Below, piece by piece: positions 1 to 14,399 of a stretch of DNA of 64,000 nt. The notes under the pieces are model-generated. The model searched no databases and was not told where the DNA came from. It saw only the letters and a program-made list of their open reading frames with translations. Every line of letters starts with the position of its first letter. The first letter of the stretch is position 1. Made by a program: the position numbers and the translations under genes. Origin of the DNA: Camelus ferus (taxonomy: Eukaryota); contig NC_045696.1 in assembly GCF_009834535.1 (NCBI RefSeq), positions 85,252,001 through 85,316,000 on the forward strand, in the 5' to 3' direction.

Positions 1-379
1 AAGAGTACACATTGCTTATAATTTTGAATGTTCATTATAGATATTCTTATCTAAAATAGTTATAAATATAGTCTGGGCAATAGGTGGTATTAAGAAATCA
101 TTGTTAAAGTTACTAGGTATGACATTGTTTTGGATAAGTAGAAATATGCCTGGGGGGAAGAATTGCTCAGGTGAAGAATGTGATGTCTGTACTACAGCAT
201 AAAACAAACAAATAAATAAATGAGTTAGAAAACACCCAGAATTTAACCAGTCTTGGCTACTTCCACTGCTATTACTTAGGTTCAAACCAGCATCATCTCC
301 CACATGTATTTTTGCACTAGCCTTCAGTCTGGGGTCTGTTTTCTGTGTTTGTTCAACTTCCATCTGTTCTCAACACACC

Positions 380-1000
380 AGCCAAAAGAAGCTATTAAGT
401 TTGTCAGGTCATGTCATTTTTTTGTTTAAATGCTTCTTTTGCTTTCATCTCACTGGGAGTAAAACGAAATCTCTACCAATGATTTATAGGCCCCCTTCAA
501 CAATCTCTTGCCTGACTTCTTCTCCTCTGCCTTTGCTGCATCCATTCCACACCAGCCACACCGGTTTCCCTGCTGCTGCTTGAAGTGACTGGGCACATCC
601 CATGCTACGTATAACCAGGACCTTCGGCACTGATCTTCTTCACTGGTCTCTTTGCCTCCTTCTCTAGAAGAGGACGTGAAGATGTTGTTCATTTTCTTCA
701 GGTCGATTGAAAAAATCACCTCCCCAGTGGAGAATTTGCTGGCTACCTTCACACATTTTTCAACTTTCTACACACTTAACATTTTCCTTCTCTGCTTCTT
801 TTGTCCCCTTCGCATATCTTATTTAATGGGTTGATCTTATTCATCATCTCTCTCTCTCTCTCACCAAAATATGAGCTCCAGAAGAACAAGAGCTTGTTTG
901 TTTAGAACTGTGTAATCCAGTTCCCACAACATATTTGGGCACATAATAGATAGTCAAGGATAACTGCTCAGTAAGTGAGTAAATGAATAGTTGAATGGAT
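380..1000 (+). mobile_element. L2 LINE 3' end
   Basis: L2 3' motifs ending ggcacataatagatagtcaa...aaatgaatagttgaatgg. Confidence 0.65.
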
Positions 1001-4000
1001 TCTTTTTGTCTTCTCTACCTCTAAGGCTTTCCAGAGCTAGGTTTTTAGATCTCTTCCCTTTGCTTTTCCTATATGCTTCCTTGTAAGCTCATCTATTTCT
1101 ATGAAGTCTGGTACCATCCCTAATGGATGTGTCTCCGAATCACCACCATTTTCTTTTACTCTTATTTCCCGTCCCATTGAGAATCACTGATTTATAGTAT
1201 GGGAAGCAGAAACGCCAAGAGTATATTTTTTTCAAACTACACCAACAAAAGAGAAAGTTAGCAATACGAGACAAAAAGATGGTAGTAGCAAAAGAGGCAC
1301 CGAGTAAAAGTAAATACATATTTTAATGAAAAGCTATCTCATGAATAACACTCTCATCACTGGACTGTATGGATAATATGAATTACTGGTAAATGAATGT
1401 CTAAAGGAATGCATTTTCCAAAAAAAAAGTGTGGATGATAATATTTAAAATTACAAATGAGTTTAAAAGATGCAGTGCTTTTTTATTTTAATTACTTTTT
1501 AATTCTGAAAATATGGAAAGAGATGATGTTAGAAGTTGAAAATCTAAACACATACTTAAGTAAGGATTTCTTGGTTTTTCTTTCACTTCCGCAAATAAAG
1601 CTTTGCTTTTTTTAATTACATTTCTAACAAACTATGATGCATCAGAAAGAGCGTGGCTATTAGACAAATCCAAAGTGGATTTTTTGAAGCCCACGTTTAC
1701 CACAGAGTTGCCAAGGTAACTAATTCCTCTGTTCTCTATTTCCCTAATAAAACCTGTCTCATATATTTATTGGCAAAACTTGTGCAGTGAGTAATATGTG
1801 TCCTACTGTGGAAGTCAGCAAAGAACAGCCAGGGTGGCTCTGCTCTGGTGGTTACAGGACAGTGTCGTTTCTGTCCTATTACCTTTGTCTTCCTCTTCAT
1901 CATCATAGTTTCCATTCGTTAAATATTTCATTAAGATCCAGGTATGGCTCTAAACATCCTATATAGATATTTCATATATTTTGAAAAATACATTTAATAT
2001 CACTATATTACAAATCAACTAATGATTGGAGAGTTTAGGCAAATTTCCCAAGATCACATGACTGATAAAATTTTTAATAAATACTTTTTCCCACATCATC
2101 TCATAATATTAAAATTGTTTTTAAATTATGACACCTGCAATAACATTTTAGATCTCCTGGTACCAAAAAAAACCCAGACCTTTGAAACATAAGATGAATA
2201 TGTTGTTGGCAGGAATTCCCCTTATCTTCTTTATAAAGTTGCCATTCTTTATGTAGAAAATAAACTTTTATCCCTCCTCTCACATTAAGGATATTTTAAG
2301 ATTTCTGATTTCAAAAAAAAAGTATTAATTTTATACATACTTCATAATTTATATTTCAAATTTTATAATTCTACATTCACATAAAATCTTGGAAATTATC
2401 TAATCAGAAGATAAACATATGTGTAGCTCTCATAATGAAACAGAATACAATTTAATAGAAAAGATATTTTAAATTCTTCAACATTACCTTAATATTTTTG
2501 AATAAAATTCATGAAATAGTGCCCAAGGGCACTGCTTTTAAATTCACAAGTTATTAAATCATACTTCCCAGTGTAAAATAATTACAGTTTTTATTATGGT
2601 ACATCTGCCTTGGACATAAGAAGCAAAATCCTGTGCCTGACTTAGCTGTAATTCACAAGTCATCTGGAAGTCACATTCGTCACTGTCACTACGGAAGAGT
2701 CCAGAAGGAATTGCCTGAGCTGTATTTAGTATCTAGGAGACCTGAAAAATCCACTCCTTCTCACATGTCTCTCTCTAGGTGAAAGCCAGAAAGCTGTAGC
2801 CAAGAAGCCGTGCGGGAAGAAAGGTGCGTTCACCACCCGCCTTCAGCTCATCTCACAACTCCTTTCTATGATTCAATAGCCAGTTCTGAGTCATGACATA
2901 CTCTTTAAAGATATTTGGTTACACTGCTTGTCTTTTCTTCCTAGGCAATATTACCACCTCAGTGTTAATATTATTTCTTATTTGTTGTCTGTCTCCACTC
3001 ATTACATTGATGGATCTCTGTGATCAGGGACCCCATTAGCTCGGTTCACTGCTATATCCATTGCCCACAGAGCAGTTCCTGGCACACTTTAGGCGATAAA
3101 ATTCAGTAAGTGAACAACAAACAACTTCCTGAAAAATAATCAGTTTGATATTTTATTGTGGATTGAAAAAGATCAGCAGAACACTGGCTATCATGTGATA
3201 CATCTCCAGATAAGAATAATGTCATTGTCTCATTAATGAAGAGGTTATCTTTAATCTGGAAGACAAAAAAGGTGTTTGTGTTAGGGGATGAATATACCTG
3301 GCTTCAAGTACAACAAAAATTGTGTCAGAAAGTGGGTTTGGATATATTCTATGCGGGTGCAAAGCAGAGAACCTTTGGGTAAAATTCAGAGAGAGAGATC
3401 ATGTTAGCTTAGTATTTAAAATAAATAAATAATAAAACCTATTTCTCTTTGAGTAAGAATAAAAAATAGCCCCAGTTCCTGGAATTCCAGTAGGGCCTTA
3501 ATACAGATCTGTTTTATCAACCAGACTTAATAACGAATAAAGTTGTCAGGAATTGGAATGACTTTGTCCAAAATGTGACACACGTCTCATTATACAAACT
3601 GAACAAACAGAAGCCAGAAGAGCTTTAAGCAGATAGTCTAGAGAGAATGGAACACTGAATAGAAGATGAGACAACATCACTTCAGGAAAACTTAAACTTT
3701 ATTTAAAGATCATAATATTTATCTCTGAGAAAAAAATAATTATTTAAGCAATAGAAAAGCTAGGAAATGTATCTAAAGATTAACTGAAACAATTTAATAA
3801 TAGAAAATCTTTGATTATAAAATATTTCCAACTACATGCTGATAAAATAAAATGCTTTCATGAGAAATAATTGTCTGAAATGGGACACCATTAAAGTCTT
3901 AACAATGGAAACTATGAATAGGATTACTTTTAATTTACAAATTATTGGTCAAATACAATAGAATTGTTGAAAAAACAACAATGGTATTTTATACAGTAGA

Positions 4001-5269
4001 TAGCAAACAAATGTTTGCTGTTACCTCCTCAATGTTAATATAGATTTAATATCACTTGGGTCAAAGAACTTCACCAATTAGTTAAATTATACAAAAATTT
4101 ATCATTAAATGAAATAAGATTATTTTGTGTGTCTAACCATTTTAATGATTAGAAATTCAGTATGCTTGAGTGCGCACTTTGGAAAATTCATTCAGCATGC
4201 TTTGGGGCTCTATCCTGTACATGTGCATACAGCAATAAAACTTACTTAAAATATTTGTTTCTTCAAAAACAGTGTCATCGCTATGTCTGCACGTTAACAT
4301 GGCACATTTGGTTCCTTCACCTTTCTTTCCCTAGAATCAGTGTCCTGTTACATACAATAAAATCAAATATATATGGACATCTTTTACTTCAGTTTGCAAT
4401 ACTTATTATACTACATAAAGCTTTTCTTTGCACATTGGAGATATATATATAGTCATAAAATTACGCCTGGTTTCAATACAATCAGTCTAATGGTTTACTT
4501 ACCTAAGCAAGCCCTCTGGTAGGAAAAACCTTTACTGAGTAGCTTTTATTGAGCACTGACCCTGCTAGGCTACACGAATGAGTGAAACAGATGTGTTATC
4601 TACGCTCATGGAACTTTTCAGTCTAATGGAATTGATTATTCAAATATAGGGATCACCAGCAAATAGTGATACAAAGAAAAACAAGTTTGAATTCAAGGAG
4701 AATTATTTGATAGACTAACCAATAAGGAAAAAAAAAGTGCAATAGCTAAGGTTTTGTATAATTTTCTCTAAGCATTTGGTTTCCGAAGTCCCTTCTAATG
4801 TTCCAGTGTTCCCTTAAAATCAAGCTACTTTAAGACTTGCATATGGTACTACAAAACTAAGTTTCCAGGACTTTTTCTTGGCATTTCCTAGACTTATTCC
4901 TAAAACTGTGGGCTTCCTGCCATCAGTTTTATGCCACAGACTAAAGCAAACTGACATGAAGAAGAACACAACTGATAGAATTTGGAAGACTCAAAAACAA
5001 GCCAGTTTGTTTCAAGTTTGGGATTATTTTCTTATCCATAATTAATACTAAGTCTGCACTCTTATTAAAATAAGTGCTCTAGTGCCATTACGTGAAAGCA
5101 TTTGAACTTTCTACAGCCTGTTCGGCTGTAACCCCTCTGGGATTCACATGATTGCATCCAAATGATAGCAATTGCTCTACCATCACTAGAAAACAGAAAT
5201 AGGTACACATATAATGCATTTTCACAATTAGAAATTGGCAAGATGTCTGGATGCACCTGCCAAGCTAAT

Positions 5270-5345
5270 AAAGAAAAGAAAGAAGTAAAGAACAAAAGGA
5301 GGGAGGGAAGGAGGAAAAACAGAAGGAAGGAAGGAAGGAAGGAAA
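5270..5345. repeat. GA-rich / (GGAA)n low-complexity tract
   Basis: gaaggaaggaaggaaggaaa, read directly. Confidence 0.85.
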
Positions 5346-8300
5346 CGTTTCTGCTTCTCTTTACATCAATCTAGTATTCAACCCAGTTCATTTTTCTGGA
5401 AAGCTGGAGGAGGCTAAACATTGCCTGGTATTCCTCTTTAATTCTCCAGCTAATTAAGCCAACCCTCTGTCCAAACAATGCAGAGGAAAGAAGAAAGGAT
5501 AATCTTTCTGACCATGAAAGCTTTGTTCATCCATCATACCAACCATTTAGTGAAGATCTTAAAGATCCTTTGTCTGGCAACCTCTTGCCCTTTCAGCTGA
5601 TGAACAACTGACGATGTGCAGTGCGTCCTAATTGCTAAATGCAAACTGTGTGCCTGGAATCAATTTGCTTGCATGATTCTATCCAACTATTTTAGTGAAG
5701 TATTTAGGAGACTGGGGTAAGTACCAAAACCTCTTTTAAATACTAATTACAATTTAAATGTTCCTACAAAGTATAGAAAATCTGCTTTAAAGTGGGCACC
5801 TGGTTTTTAGTCACAAATTCAGAGAAAAAAAAAACTACATCTCAGCAAAGCTGAAAATGTGTTGAAACATTTAGATTTGGATTAAAAGGAGAAAAATGTT
5901 TGTGTGTGTTTAAGACATTTTTTAAAAAATTCCTTTTGTTTTCCTTAAATGTGATTGAGTTGAACAACACTGACTGAAAACCTGGGCCAGATTCTTTGTT
6001 AAGTGCTGGTAAAAAATAAAAAAGTAAGAAGATTAGACAAGGTTCCCGACACCAGGGAACACTCAAGAAGTCTCATCTTATGTGCAATGCTGAGCTTTAA
6101 TTTTTAATCACCCTTTAGGCCGGATGTTGTTTTCTTAGTTCCCAGGCATCCACTTCCATAGCACATATCTGTCTCTATTATATCATAATTGGCCTTTGCT
6201 TATTGCTAGTGCTGAAACCTCATCCCATATTCCACATGCCTCCAGTTACTACAGTTAATAATTATTTTTAAAGTTAGGGGATGATGTGCAGCTAAATATA
6301 TCTCAACTTCCTAATGGCATTTATTTAACTGAAATGTAATTCGGTCCTTTTTATTAGTGCTGAGTGAAAATAAATCTTCCTCTTTTTTTTTTTTTCCCCT
6401 CCGTAGAAAGTTTAGATCACTGATGTGTTTTGCCTGTTGATCAAATTTGGTAACAAGGTTATATCATTTATGTATTTCCTTTGGGATTCTTTCCTTTCTT
6501 CCCCTCCCTTCCCTTGCCTTCACTTTTCTCTTCTCTTCTTTCTCTCATAAAAGTCTGTACTCCTATTTCTCTGTGAAGTTGAGAATGTATCCCTATCCAC
6601 TAGTTAGGGATGATGAGATAATAAAAATTTAATAACCAACTTGACCATGGACTCTACTTACACAGTATATTTAGATCCAAGAAATCATTATTAGAGAATA
6701 ATTTTTGAATTATTGCAAACTTCTGTAGTGTACTAATACAGTCCTGCTCCCCACCCCATGCCCAGATTCCTGCTTAAAAAAGCAAACTTGTTGAAATAAG
6801 GAGAAAGCTTAAACTCCTGAATCTAGGGACTAGTTCTTCAATAATTAATTCTCTTTCTTCCACAGTTTGCAATGGAAATGTCAGGAGACAGAGGAAACAA
6901 GTAACAAAAAGTAAACTCGATTTAGACATTTGTATTAAATATAATCTAAACTGCAAATAATCCACTTATAAAAAATCCTCTATGCAAAACTACATTATTA
7001 TACACTCCATATTGCTTTAGCAACTAATGTTTTCTTTGCCCTTATTACATCCAGAGGGAAAAAAGTGCAGTCATAAAACTCTTCCTAAAAATATACAGTG
7101 CATCTAGATGGAGGACAGAAAACTTGGAAAAGAGCTGAGATTCAGTATGTGAACAAGCTTAAGAGAAACTCATGCCCATGGTGACCCTCCATAGGCTCAT
7201 GTAGGACTTTGAAGTCAAATGTATTACTGCTTTAGGCACTTGAAGAATCAATGTGAGTTTTCAAGTTTTTGATCTTAGAAGAGTTATATTTACAAGACAT
7301 TTTTATTCATCTTAACACATGAGAATAAAGTGAATTTCTCTCTTCTTATATTACTGTGAAAAGCATTTTATATGTCATTCTGAATTAATTCAAAATATAT
7401 CTAAAGTTCTGAAGGCTATTCACTTAGTTCCCATTTCAACAAGCATTTATTAAGTATCTATTTCCTGCTCAGATTTGTGATTGGTACTAAGCATACAAAA
7501 CTAAATAAGATGTTTTTTGTTCCAACGGTCAATATATAGTTGTTATTTATATATTTTGGCACTGTTACAATGAATTGCAATAGTATGATACTGTGATATA
7601 GATTAGAGTTTTACATAAATGATACTTGCTCTGTTGTTTTTGTTATCCCTAGTATTTAAGTTGTGGAATACACACACACACACATACACATACACACACG
7701 TATATACATAATACATAAGAGTAAGGAACTAGATAAATAGGAATGTGTGTGTTTGTGTGTATATGTGTGTGTATTTGTGAAGAAAAATTATTTAAATTAT
7801 TCCATTTGTCTTTAAACATTTATCTTGGAAGCTTGTAGAAAACCATGAGGTTCAGAATAAGTTTTATACAACTAATCAGCCTAAGCTGTAGCCTTATAGA
7901 TTAAAATGGAACCAGGATGTTTGAAATACTGGTAATGCACTTATGAATTAATGTCGTTTTTTAATAGAATTCAGTGGGTATTAAACTAATTTTATTTGGT
8001 TATATAACAAAAAATTATTAAAATTAATTAATGTATTTAAGAATGCTATCTTTGGGTCCTTTTTAAAGACTGTACAGATTTTGGAATGTGAACAAAATTA
8101 GTAGTGGAATTTGGTCAGTTTTATAAATATATTACAGCCACAGAAATTCCCCTAGAAGGAATCAAAAACTACTTCAAAATATATATAAAGCTTATATTTA
8201 TCCTAAGGAGTTCCCTGTATGCAAAGTGAAGCAGAGAATATGATCCTGAGAGAAATAAGTTTTTATCCTTTGCTGTTTATTAGTATCACTCATTCACCTG

Positions 8301-9131
8301 TATCTCCGTATTTTGCTAAAACAGCTTATGTGAGGAAGTCCTGTTCATCTTCATCTGCTTAAATACAAAGAGTAAATATGTTTACTATATGAAAATTGCT
8401 TTGTCTGCTCTTTATATAAACATGTCAAAATAACAGAAGCAACTTGCGAAATGTTTCATTTGCTGCTACCACCACTAATCATGGTACTAACGGAATGTTT
8501 CATTTGTATTTTCTTTTTGCTCAATTGGTTCCTGATTTTTTTCTAAAGGTACTGAATCTGCATGTCTCACTTTTTAAACGTGGATCCTTTAGGCACAGGC
8601 TATATGCTATGTTATCAATTATTTTTATTTAAATGTTAAACTATCATGGTAAAAAATAGTTTACATGTGTAAAGCACATATTAAAACCGTCCCATAGTAA
8701 CTTATAGCCATAGTAAAAATGTATTCGATACAGAATTTCACTTTATTTAGCTCAGAGTATTGATTTTTCTGAAATTAAATTATCATCTGTGAAATATAGT
8801 TTTCTCTGCAATGGTAGTTTTTAAATTTAAAAATTTTCTGTAGTGAAAGGAAGTCCTGAAGAGATGGTGGGACAAACCTAGGCCAAAGATCTGGGAGGGG
8901 GCAGGTGCTGTAAATCCTGTGAATTAATTTACTGTAACATGTAAATTTTAAAATATCATTTATGTATTGAAATTTGTAAATTTGGTCACATTTTTAGTGC
9001 TCCTGGGAGAACACTACATTAAATAGTTTGTGAATCCATTTGGATGGAAAGCAGAGATACCCTCAATAAATTAAAGATTAACCACTAAATTCCAACTGCT
9101 TACTTACCATTTTCCTTTCTCAAATTTCACA

Positions 9132-10038
9132 TGTTGTGAAATAATAAATATCTAGATCAATCACTGTGCCTGGTGAGCTCCTAATAATGTACACATTCCT
9201 AAATGGTAAGAACACTGGGAGCATCACTTGGTCTGTTATTTTGTCTTTGACCCTGTCCCTGACACAGTGGTCCTAAAATCTTTGTAAATTCCTAAGTGAT
9301 AAGAGCACCAGGCCAATTTTTGCTCTGAGGAGGAGACTCTGGATGGGGACTGGTCACCGGAAAGGCCACACCATGATTAGAAGCTGATAATTTTCAGCTT
9401 CATCCTTCATCCTGTAGATAGGGGGAGGGGATAGAAAAAGAGTTAGCAATTGATCATGGTTCATGAGGAAGCCTCTATAAAATCCCAGTCATGTGGGGAT
9501 TAGAGAGCTTCCAAGCTGGAGAACACATCCACACTGGGGTGGGGGCGGGCAACAGTCCGACTCCATGGACCCCTGGGCCCTCCCAGACCTCACCCTATGT
9601 ATGTCTTCATCTGGCTGTTCATCTGTATCCTTTATCATATCCTTGAGTAAACTGGTAATCATAAATGTTTCTCTGAGTTCTGTGAGCCGTTCTTGCAATT
9701 TATCAAACCTGAGGGGGGGGGTCATTGGAACTTTCAGTCTACAGCTGGTTGGTCACACAGCACAGGGGATGATCTGAGCTCGCCACTGGTGTCTGAAGTG
9801 TGTTGAGAGGGTGGGGCAGTCTTGTGGGACTGAGACCTTACCTGTGAGAGCCGATGCTCTGTCTGGGTAGATCGTGTCAGAACTGAGTTAAATTGTAGGA
9901 CACCCAGCTGGTGTTGAAAACTTGCTTACTGTGTGAGAAAAACCTCCACACATTTGGTGACCAGAAGTGTCAGAAGTGTTCCGTGTGATTAGAAAAGGAA
10001 GAAATACACAGTAGGGAAGAACAGAGCTTCTCCCTACA
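9132..10038 (+). mobile_element. MER21-family LTR
   Basis: MER21 motifs ggatggggactggtcacc, ctgagttctgtgagccgttct and aaacctccacacatttggtgaccagaagtg. Confidence 0.75.
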
Positions 10039-10744
10039 TAGGAAGGAAAAAGCTGAAGTTATTCCTAAAAATGTGGGAAAAGCTGAACTCATGACACTTT
10101 CCTCCAAGTACCCTCCTCTTGCAGCATTTCTTGTCTCAATAATGACAACTCCATCCATCCTTCCAATTTCTCAAGCCAGAATCCTTGGAGTCATCTTTGA
10201 CTGCTCTTTCTCTTCATATCTAATTCATTGGTCAATTGCAAGGGCTCTACCTTCAAACTATTTTTAAGTTCTGAGCATGTCTCAGTTTCTGCTATGACTT
10301 CCCTGGTTCAAGCATTCAAGTAACCATCATCTCTCACCTAAATTATCCCTGTGGTCTCTTAACTGATCTCCTGTTTCTGTTTCTGCTTCTGGCCTTGGAT
10401 TCTCTGCAGTCCCTTCCCAGAATTTTACCCAGATGATCTTTTAAAAAATATGAGATCTTGTTTTTTCTTTGTGCAAATCTTCCAAACGCTTCCTCTCTCA
10501 CTCAGAGTAGATGTAAAAAGATAAGGACCAGCATACAGGTCACTAAATAATGTTACCTCCTACTCTCCTCTCCCTGGCTGGCTTTACTCTAGCCACACTC
10601 TCCTACAAGCTGTTCTTGGAAAATTCCAGGCACATATCTGTCCCTTGGTCTTTGCTTTCTATTGCTTTTGTTGAAGTAGTCTTCCTTCAAAAAACTGCAT
10701 GGCTCACTCCTCTGTCAACTCTTTCTTTAAAAGTTTCTTTCCTA

Positions 10745-11477
10745 CCAAATATTGCAGTTTCCCTACCCAGAGTTAGCCAAAGTCTAAGTTAAGGCACAGT
10801 CCTTCAGACTTCCAAGTTGGCCCAAGATTGCTGACATCAGTTGTAAGTTCAGAGTCCCCACGTATTCCCTCAGACTTGATAATCCACTAGAATGACTCAC
10901 AAAACTCAGAAAAAAATGCTATAATTACAATGACAGTTTTAATATAGCAAAAGATTCTAATATATTTCAGAACCAGTCAAAGGAAGAGATACATAGAACA
11001 GGACTGACAAGGATCCCAACAGAATGCTTCTGTGCCCTCAGAGCTGCAGTGCCCTCATGGCATCAATGGTGGCAGTGTGCACACGGGGAACTGTCAACCC
11101 AGGAAGCTCACCTGAGCTTGAGGTTCAGGGTTTTATTGGGGATTCATTATAAAGGCGTGGCTGATTGAATTAGTGGTCATGTGGTTAAATGCCATCTTCT
11201 GGCCCCTCCCCTTCCTGAAGATCAGGCTCGTAACACTTGGTTCTGAGTCCCAAACCTTTGACCACTCGGTAAGTCTTCCTGGTGAGCCCAGTTCCTTCCC
11301 TAAGATTATCAGTGTGAGTAGCCCCATCCTGAGTCACGTCATTAGCAAAAACCATCGGATGCATTACTTAAGTCATCCTGTTAGCATAAATTATCAGGTA
11401 TGGTGCAAAATTCCAAACACTTAGAGGTTATCTCCCAGGATATGTGAACAAAAGTCAAGCAAATTCATTATTATACA
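10745..11477 (-). mobile_element. MER21-family LTR, opposite orientation
   Basis: ctagaatgactcacaaaactcag is a diverged reverse complement of the 9670-9700 motif. The element interrupts an L2. Confidence 0.7.
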
Positions 11478-11496
11478 CTCCCTCACCACTGCCTCT

Positions 11497-11497
<1 letters not shown>

Positions 11498-11531
<34 letters not shown>
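11498..11531. repeat. (CA)17 microsatellite
   Basis: Read directly from the sequence. Confidence 0.95.
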
Positions 11532-11534
<3 letters not shown>

Positions 11535-12992
11535 AAAATATTACACACCTGTCATTTCCTATCATCCCCATTCTCCACTTTATTAACATTTCTAGCAGTA
11601 TAACTGTGTAATATACTGTGTATTTCCTTTATTGTCCTTATTGTTTATCTTTCTTATAGAATGAAACTGCAAGAGGCAGGAACTTTTCTGTTTTGTCTTT
11701 GTTGAATATTCTGTGATTCAAATAAGCCTGACATAGTATGCACTCAATTAATGTTTATTGAATAAAATAATGGATCTGATCTCCAAATTCAGATTCTCTT
11801 ATAACCATTTCTTCTTTAAATTAAAATACAGTTTTATTTAAGCATGACAAAACATGGAATATAATTCCATGAATATTTGCCTATTTAAGAAATTATCCAG
11901 TATATGCTGTATTCCCTCAGCCCTCTTATGATAGTGGAAAATTTTGGATGGTCTTTCAATTTACAACTAATAATCATGGCTTCATTAGATTAGATTGTAA
12001 AGCACAGTAAAATATATTCATTTTAAAATCACTGTATATCTTAGTTAGAAATAACTGTCTCTGAATTCTTAATCAAAGAAGAGCTTAAATCCTGTGTTAG
12101 GACTGGGTAAGCAATATTGGAATTTATAACTTCAAAAAATGATATATGAAATTTGAGTGCATCCTGCTTCTTCATATCAGCCATCCTGAGTCAATTAGTG
12201 CCTTAAAAAAAATCTATTCAAAAATGAGTTATCAAATCTTGTGCTCAGATGTCAATGGCAAGCAGGTAATTTCCTGTAACACAGTTGTTAGAAAGATATT
12301 CTGCTTTTTTTGGTTGAATAATCTGTCTCTTAAAGCTTTTCAATCCTACATTAGAGGAAGAGTAAAAAGGATAATTTTTAGACCATTTTGTATACCACAA
12401 ATTAGAAAAAGAGCCTGGTAACAAAAAGAGAAGAGATTTCTCTATCTCATGGAAAGTGTGAAGTACAGTTGCTTTGAGGTCTTTATTTTGTAACCAGAAC
12501 AGAAAATATTTTTGAAAGATAGCAAAATCAGCATGTTTAAATTTATCTTACAATTTTGGAATTAAAATTATACAGTGTTTCAGAATTCTGTATCTGGGAA
12601 TTATATTGTATTTCACAAAGTTTTTAATTGATACCAATAAGCAGAGAATTGTATCTCTGGTTGTTTTCAAGTCTTTGGAGCTTTCTTCAAATTATAGAGT
12701 AAAATGCTTCATCACTTCAATAGCTATTTCAATCACTTTTTGAAAACTGTATCTGCATCCATAGGCAAAGGAATTTGATTACCTCTGAATCACAATTTGG
12801 AATGTCATGAGTTATTTCATAGGACAAAGTTTGTTAAATGAACACTGGCAGTGCCATTAGTGCTTCGCTCTTGAACTCAAGTACAAGTCAGCTCTGTTTA
12901 AGTCACCGTTTGCAGAAGCCAGAAATGAATGTGCAGTTTAAATGGTGCCATAAGTTAATTAGAATCGAATTAGAAGGAAAGTGGGCAATTTA

Positions 12993-13560
12993 GGAACATA
13001 AGAATTGCTGTACCGGATCAGACCAATAGTTCTCCTGGTTTAATATGCAGCCTCCAGCAGCTGTACTTGTTAGTTTCTAAAGCTTTAAAAGAAAAGAAAA
13101 AGACTACATAATTCACCTAGACAAGTGTGCCATCTGTGATCTGGAAAAATTTTCTTCATGACCTCTTTCAAATAATCCCCTAAAGCAAGAGGGTTTAATC
13201 CTGTTATGATATTGGTTTAGCTTGAATAGCTCTGGTTATTAATAATTCTTATTAAATCATCCAATTCCTATATAAAATCAACTAGTTCATCATGAAGCGA
13301 TTTATCTCTACAGCTCCTGAATTCATGGCTGAATATGTCTGCATCAATGATAAAATAGGAATTTATTGTACTTTTTCGACACAAGTTCTTGATGGCAAAC
13401 TCTGCCTCTGGATAACCATGCTGCCTGAATGCCTGCTTCTCTCTCCAAATTCTAGGGATTCACAAGCTTTGGGGGGAAAAAGTGTACCTACTGTCACGAC
13501 TCCCAAATTTCTATCTATTAATAATATACAGATTATATATCATTCAAATCAATGATAAAG
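12993..13560 (-). mobile_element. Probable ancient CR1/L3-like LINE 3' end
   Basis: gaacataagaattgctgtaccggatcagaccaatagt resembles the antisense 3' terminus of amniote CR1 (AACATAAGAA..GCCATACTGG.TCAGACCAA.GGTCC), from recall. Confidence 0.45.
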
Positions 13561-14399
13561 AATTTTGTGTGCTGAACTTTTAGAGTAGTTCAACTGGAGT
13601 TTTTCTTACATGATTTTGCTTAAGTTAGATGAATCTAAGAAAAGAAATGAATTATTTATCCTCATCACGTGAGTCTTCCTTTTATGATAGAAGTATATGT
13701 GACTATTTAATAGATTTGTTGATTAGCCTAGGTACCACCTCTAGGTCAATATTTCTAAAATGTTATATTTACAATAAGCCAGCTAGTCAAGAATCCCTCC
13801 AGAATAGTAAAAACCCACAAGCTAAAGTCTAAACCATTTTCTTAGGCTGTTAGATCTTCCTGCTGTAACACTTACATCCTAAAGCTATAACTCTAACAGG
13901 ATCTCCACTATCCTAGAATCCAAGAAAACTACTTTTTTCATTGTTACTTGAACTAAAATGAACACTCATTATATACATACCTATGATAATTCTGTCCCTT
14001 TGCTTTAGATAATTCTGTCTGGATTGCTTTAGGTAATTTCCTTCCAAACACATAACGATTGTTCCCTCTTCTGACAATTCGTGTCCCTTTGTTTATGGTT
14101 GATTTAGGCTACCGTATATTGTTGGTTCTTTGTTTTCATGGATGTTCTTGCTTGTAAATTCCTTGGGGAAAACTATGTTTTCCATATTTACTTGTATTTC
14201 TAGAGCCTAGAGCATTGTCTGACTCCTAATAACATCATACAAATACATTAAAAGGAAATCTGGAAATCTATAGACTCGCCAGCGACTGACTAGACAGAGT
14301 CACTTCCAGAATGTTTACTCTTTGTGTTTCTGTATGTGTGACCTAGGCAATAATATATATTGAGTGCTACAAAGGTGCTAGTTAGTCCCAAACTGTAAA

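Larger units (their letters stand above)
10070..11770 (+). mobile_element. L2 LINE 3' part (10070-10740 and 11540-11770), interrupted by MER21
   Basis: ttggagtcatctttgactgctctttctc, accatcatctctcaccta, and the terminal cctgacatagtatgcactcaattaatgtttattgaataa. Confidence 0.75.

Noticed and set aside
9489..9777. Overlapping ORFs on both strands
   Set aside because: They lie inside a MER21 LTR.
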